Program-made: the position numbers and the translations under genes | Notes under the pieces: generated by a model | Told to the model about the DNA's origin: nothing | What the model saw: the letters and a program-made list of their open reading frames with translations, nothing else | The model's database searches: none | Origin: Octopus vulgaris | Taxonomy: Eukaryota | NCBI GenBank assembly: GCA_951406725.2 | Contig: OX597825.1 | Location: forward strand, 81,406,001-81,470,000 | Length of the DNA: 64,000 bases | Reading direction: 5' to 3' | In this document: positions 58,555-64,000 of the stretch, piece after piece | How the letters are laid out: every line of letters starts with the position of its first letter | Position numbering within the stretch: the stretch's first letter is position 1

Positions 58555-58969
58555 CGTACATGATTATCGTGGTAGCAAAACTGTCGACTCGAAACTAAGT
58601 TTCCACCATAGTGTTGGTCGTATGAATGGATAACCTAACAAGACAAGAACTGGCAGATAAACTGAACGGCTCGGCAACTGCCGGCCATGAAACCCACAGA
58701 CGAAAGGTGACCCCATTAAAGCTTTTGGGTACCAGGCTGTTTATCGTTAAACCTTGCCCCGTTTTTGACTTACGGGAGAATCTCCTTGGTAAGCGTGAGG
58801 AACAATCGTTTGGATATTTCTGTTTTTTTTTTTTATTTATCAATTAGTGACGGTTCGCTAAGTCGACCTTAACGAAATTTGAACTCAGAATGCAAAAGCA
58901 GAATCGTGTGTGCTAACGATTAAGACCAGCATAATAATGGCGTTATTTTACAAAATTCTTCATCGTTCT

Positions 58970-59825
58970 TTTATTATTTACTTGTTTCAGTCGACCCCAG
59001 GACTCATTCTTTGTAAGCCTAGTACTTATTATATCGGTCTCTTTGGCCAAACTGCTAATTAACGGGGACGTAAACATACCAGCATTGGATGTCAAGTGAT
59101 GTTGGGGGTACAAATACAGACACACACATACACACACATACATCTATACGACGGGCTTCTTTCAGTTTCCGTCTACCAAATCCACTCACAAAGCTTTGGT
59201 CGGCCCGAAGCTATAGTAGACGACACTCGCCCAAGGTGCCACGCAGTAGGACTGAACCCTGAACCATGTGGCTGGTAAGCAAGCTACTTACTACACTGCC
59301 ACTCCCACGCAGTGCATTTCGGCAAAAAATATTTTTTAAAGAACAGGTTAAAGTAATCTAAATTAAATTCTTCCATCAAGATTGGTTAATTTATGCCTTA
59401 AAGACCAGCTTTATATGTCAATTTTATTTTGCTAAATTCACTATAGGTGCAGGAATTGATGTGTGGTAAGTAGCTTGCTTACCATCCACATGGTTCCTGG
59501 TTGAGTCCCACTGCGTGACACCTTGGGCGAGTGTCTTCTACTCTAGCCTCAGGCTTGTGAGTGGATTTGGTAAACGGAAACTGAAAGAAGCCCGTCGTAT
59601 ATATGTATGTATGCTTGTTTGTGTGTCTGTGTTTCTTCCCCCACCACACCATCGCTTGTCAACCGATGTTGGTGTTTTTACGTCCCCCGTACCTTAGCAG
59701 TTTGGCAAAAGAGACCGATAGATTAAGTAATAGGCTTACAAAGAATAAGTCCTGGGCTCGATTTGTTCGACTAAAGGCTGTGCTCCAGCATGGTCGCGGT
59801 CAAATAACTGAAACAAGTAAAAGAA
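58970..59825. mobile_element. Head-to-head SINE family A pair (minus 58970-59310, plus 59445-59825)
   Basis: Both match family A, on opposite strands, about 135 bp apart. Confidence 0.9.
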
Positions 59826-59826
59826 A

Positions 59827-60219
59827 TCTCTCTCTATATAAAGCTGAAGTTGTCTGTGTATGGTAGGTTTGGTAGCCTTCAACTAACACTATCTCCTCCG
59901 AGACCCTGCGGCACAAGTTGACCAAAATTGAGAGTATGATAGAAGAAGGCTTGCTCTTCCTTCCGTAGAAGACAAAATTCAAATCGGACCATGTTAACAT
60001 CAAAAATTATTTACATCAAAAAGGTGCTTTTTTTCTATGAAAATCTCTATTTTTAACGATTTTTTGACTGCTGTGTCGCCATTTTTCGGTGTTTTTCAAC
60101 CAGAAAAATGTTCACTTAAAGAGAATAACGAGCTACATAATGCAAAATTTTTACTTTTCAAAAATTCCAATTCTAAAGCGTCGAAACAAACCCGAGCAAC
60201 GCCGGGCGATACTGTTAAT
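59827..60219 (+). mobile_element. Non-autonomous Helitron
   Basis: 5' TC(TC)TATATAAA start; subterminal GC hairpin cccgagcaacgccggg (60191-60206); degenerate CTAGT-like end (gttaat). Confidence 0.65.
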
Positions 60220-61539
60220 AAAACAATAACAGAATATTGAAAAGTACTTGAAACAAAGGCTGCGAATTTCAACAGAAATATTTTAGTGAACGAGTTAAAC
60301 GCCGTTTCATAGGAGACAGTACGACCGAGCGCGCCCGCCCGCCTGTCATGCAGACAGCCATGCAGCATGCCAGCCAAGAGCCAATTGACCAACCAGCCTG
60401 CTAAGTCAGTCGAACAGCCAGCCTGATATTGACTTCAACACAAAGGTCTTCTTCGTATACTGTAGCATCTTAACATTCGATCTACAAAGGGCAATTCTTT
60501 CGCTTTTAAACGTTCTACCACAGAGAATAACGAATGGCATGAAAGCCAAGGCGGTTTCCATGTGTCAGTTTATGGAGAGATATTGCTGGCTGGTATTTCG
60601 ATTCAAAGTATGTTGATTTAAGTTGTCCCCTGGGAAATCCACGCGGCATGTTAACGAAGGCCATTGTAAACCACGGCTTGAGAACAACAGTCAAGGCATT
60701 TTCGCTCGTATGGCCCTTTTGGTAGTAATGTTGGGAATGACGACAGCAAGAACAACAGCAGCAGCAGCAGCAGCAGTAGTAGTAATAGTTGTAGAGGATT
60801 TTTATGGTGGTGATGTAGTGGCGGTAGTGGTGTTCCGTTCTGCTCACAGCAACGCTTCGCTTCCACTCCAAGACCCTTCTTAAATGTTGCAATGTTTTAT
60901 TTCTTTTAACCGTGAAATAGAAGCATATTTTGAGCAATGAACGGAAGCTGAAGGTGATGGTGGCATGGCGGTGGTGGCATGGTGGTAGGGAGGCGGCGGC
61001 GTGTGGGGCGAGAGTCACGTGATGCTTAATTAAATTGTCACCATAGAAGTAACAATATTCTCTTTTTAATTAATGCTTTTTCATTTCCTTTTTTGTTTGT
61101 TTTATGTTTTTCAACCTTTCTCTTATGTTATGCAATATTCCTGCCTTCCTTTCTTTCTTCCTGTCTTCCTTCCCTTCTTTCTTTTTCCTCTTCCTTTCTT
61201 TCTTTTCTTTCCTTCCATCTTCCTTTCTTCCTCTCTCTCTTCCCTTTTCCTTCCTTCTTTAATTCCTTTTTTTTTTTTTCGATTTAAAAAATGTATTTTA
61301 CAAATTTTATTCAATATTTGTTTTCATCTATTTTTTTTTCTCTCCAAAATTTTAAACCATTTTTAGTTGATTTAATAATATTTCTATTTAAATCACCTAA
61401 TTTTTTGAAATTTTAAAAATGAAAAAAAAAATCCCCCAAAAAACAAACAAAAACAAACCAAAAACAATGTATTAATGTATTAATGCAATCTCCATGGTAA
61501 CAATACCTCCAACAGCATTATAGTGACAACAACAACAGC

Positions 61540-61608
<69 letters not shown>

Positions 61609-61634
61609 TACAACAACAACAACAACAGCAGCAG

Positions 61635-63285
61635 CAGGCCTCAATACGAATTGGATTGATTACCAGAAAGCATTCGACAGTGTTTCACATTCAGGAATAC
61701 TGGAGTCTCTCTACACAGATAAAGTAGCTTCAACACTGTTAAAATATATCAACCATTTAATGGTAAATTGGAAAACCAGCCCCTGCTTTTCTGTTTTGCT
61801 CTGACCCCACTAACAAGCTTGTTAAATGTAACAACCACGGGTTACAGATGTTATGCTCAAACTGTGAATCGTTTCATATACATGAATGACTTAAACATTT
61901 TCATTAAAATTATCGAGATGTACTTGCATAGCAAGTGATTTGATCTGAGATCGTGTGCTGGAACGAACGCAATTGCAGCGTGGAAGGTGTTTCTAAGCCA
62001 TTTAAGCCACGGATTTTTGTCAGTAAACAGGTCGCGGTCTTATAGCGACAAAAAAAAAATATTTTGACAAATTAAACTTAAATGTTGAAGTGAATCGAAC
62101 GGCTTTTGTGTGTTTATTAAAATTACCGCGGAATAGAAAACCTTCCAGAAATTGTCCATAGTTTCAGCAAAGACATCATGATGAGCCTGGGATTGAATGA
62201 ATGTACCAAAGTGACATCGAGAAGAAGCAAATTAATCAACATTGAAACGTTGCACCGGTCAAAGACATAGAAATCAGAGGGATTAAGTCACGATCGCCCA
62301 TATGACTCATCTAGGAGTAGAGGAAATAACGAAAATACAACACACGGAAATGAAAGAGAAAATTAGAAGATAATACTAAAGGAGAACTGGACTAATATTA
62401 AACACTGAAGTCAGTGCTGAAAATAAGATAATAAGGATAAAACTGCTAGCCATACCAGTAATAAATTACAGTTCCAACATAATAAGCTGAAAGATTAGTG
62501 AATTCAAAAACTTAGAAAACCCAGAGAATTGTTAATAACAAACGAAGTCACCACCCGAAAGCAGACACAGACAGAATATGTCTACTCAGCTTAGAAGGAG
62601 GTCGCGGCCTGATACAGATGGAGGAACGGTATAAAATAGTAACAGCTGAACTAGAAAGATACTTGGAAACAAAAGATGGAGGACAAGTACATGTCATAAA
62701 GCAACACACACACACAAAGAATGAAAACGCTTTTGTCTATGCAAAAGGAGGCAACAAAGCGGAAAACAGAAACAAACTAGTGATGCACTAATCTCAGATA
62801 ACAGCAAAGCAGAAGATGGCCAAAGAGACAGAAAACATGAAAACAGAACTGCAAAGCATACTAAAGAAGAAATGGAGAGAAAAATCAGTCCATGGCCAAT
62901 ACCCTGCAAAACTTGACATAGCAAACGTGAACCTAATTAAAAGCTAATAATGGCTCAAAAATTCTGGACTAAAAGCAGAAACGGAAGGACTGATTATCGC
63001 TGCAAAAGACCAATGCCTGACTACAAATAATTATAAAAGCAAAATAGGTCCTAACGCCAACTACCGAAGGTGTAACCAACAGAATGAGACAGTTGACCAC
63101 TTCGTCAAGTCCTTGACAAATCTGAACATATAAGTATATATAAGCAAGCTACAAAAATCAGAATTGCTTGGAACTCTAAGAATTCTTTCCAGGGTTCTTG
63201 AAGTAAGATCAGTAAGAGACACCTTAGTCTGCTGGCTGTGGACAGCTGACACTTTCCATCATAATAAGCTGAGAGATTTCATATA
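61635..63285 (+). mobile_element. R4/Dong-like LINE, decayed RT to 3' end, with an unrelated insert at about 61920-62120
   Basis: WIDYQKAFDSVSH, SPLLFC, YMNDL, HHPKAD...GGRGL, LKAETEGLIIAAKDQCL, ETVDH, LQKSELLGT; begins beside an AAT array. Confidence 0.88.
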
Positions 63286-63384
63286 ATAACAATGATGATG
63301 ATGATGATGATGATGATGATGCTGATGATGATGATGTTAATGATGATGATGATGATGATGATAATAATAATAATAATAACAACA

Positions 63385-63506
63385 ACATATGGCTGTGATG
63401 CATGTGCTTGGTGTACCCCTATCAGACGGGTAGTCATGATGGGTATACTGGGCTTCGTATATTTTAACCCAGTGTTACTTTGATGGCATGCACTGTTCTC
63501 TCACTC

Positions 63507-63556
<50 letters not shown>

Positions 63557-63635
63557 TAATAAAAATAATAATAATAATAGTCGACATAGCATGCCCCGGT
63601 GACAACAAGATCAATGTGAAAGAAATATATACAAA
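63385..63635 (+). mobile_element. Further retroposon 3' end with (TAA)n tail plus endonuclease fragment
   Basis: Segment ending ctcactcaataataat; IVDIACPGDNKINVKE at about 63577-63627. Confidence 0.55.
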
Positions 63636-63911
63636 TACATAAAAAGGCAAATATACACAAATGCATAAATAAATAATTGTACATTCAAGAACCACAAGAA
63701 CAACAACGAAAAACAAAGAGTCACGGTTATTTTATTCCCCCTCAGTTCTGTTTGCTTGATTGCTTAAAACATAAAAGTGTGTGGCAGGTCCTTTATGAAG
63801 TAAAGTCTCTAACGAAATATATCTGTTTCAATAATATTGGCAGGTTTCTCCATTATTTCGATTGGCAGTCCCCTATGCTGAAAGCAGCAGCAGTAGTATT
63901 AGTATTAGTAT

Positions 63912-63945
<34 letters not shown>

Positions 63946-64000
63946 TGTAGTAGCAGCAGGAGCAGCTGAAGGAGTATTAATTGTAGTAAGAGTAGTATCA

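Overview
AT-rich eukaryotic DNA saturated with microsatellites. The tRNA-SINE repertoire and repeat density resemble an octopod cephalopod (Octopus-like); this is inference from recognition, not a database result. No intact protein-coding gene is evident: nearly all listed ORFs are translations of (TA)n, (GATA)n, (AAT)n or (CA)n. The window looks intronic or intergenic. It contains: three tRNA-derived SINE families (labelled A, B, C here); decayed LINEs (RTE/BovB-like, R4/Dong-like in TAA arrays, Tx1/L1-like); Tc1/mariner and hAT MITEs; a non-autonomous Helitron; and short non-coding fold-back elements with minimal hammerhead-ribozyme motifs of the Penelope-like pseudo-LTR type, two with the U3-A8 core covariant. 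The most notable patterns are the hammerhead fold-backs, one SINE head carrying four unrelated tails, a SINE tail matching the 3' end of a Tx1-like LINE, tandem hAT-MITE chains sharing one 8-bp spacer, and a few unique islands that may be exons, enhancers or a pre-miRNA. All alignments were done by eye, so boundaries are approximate.
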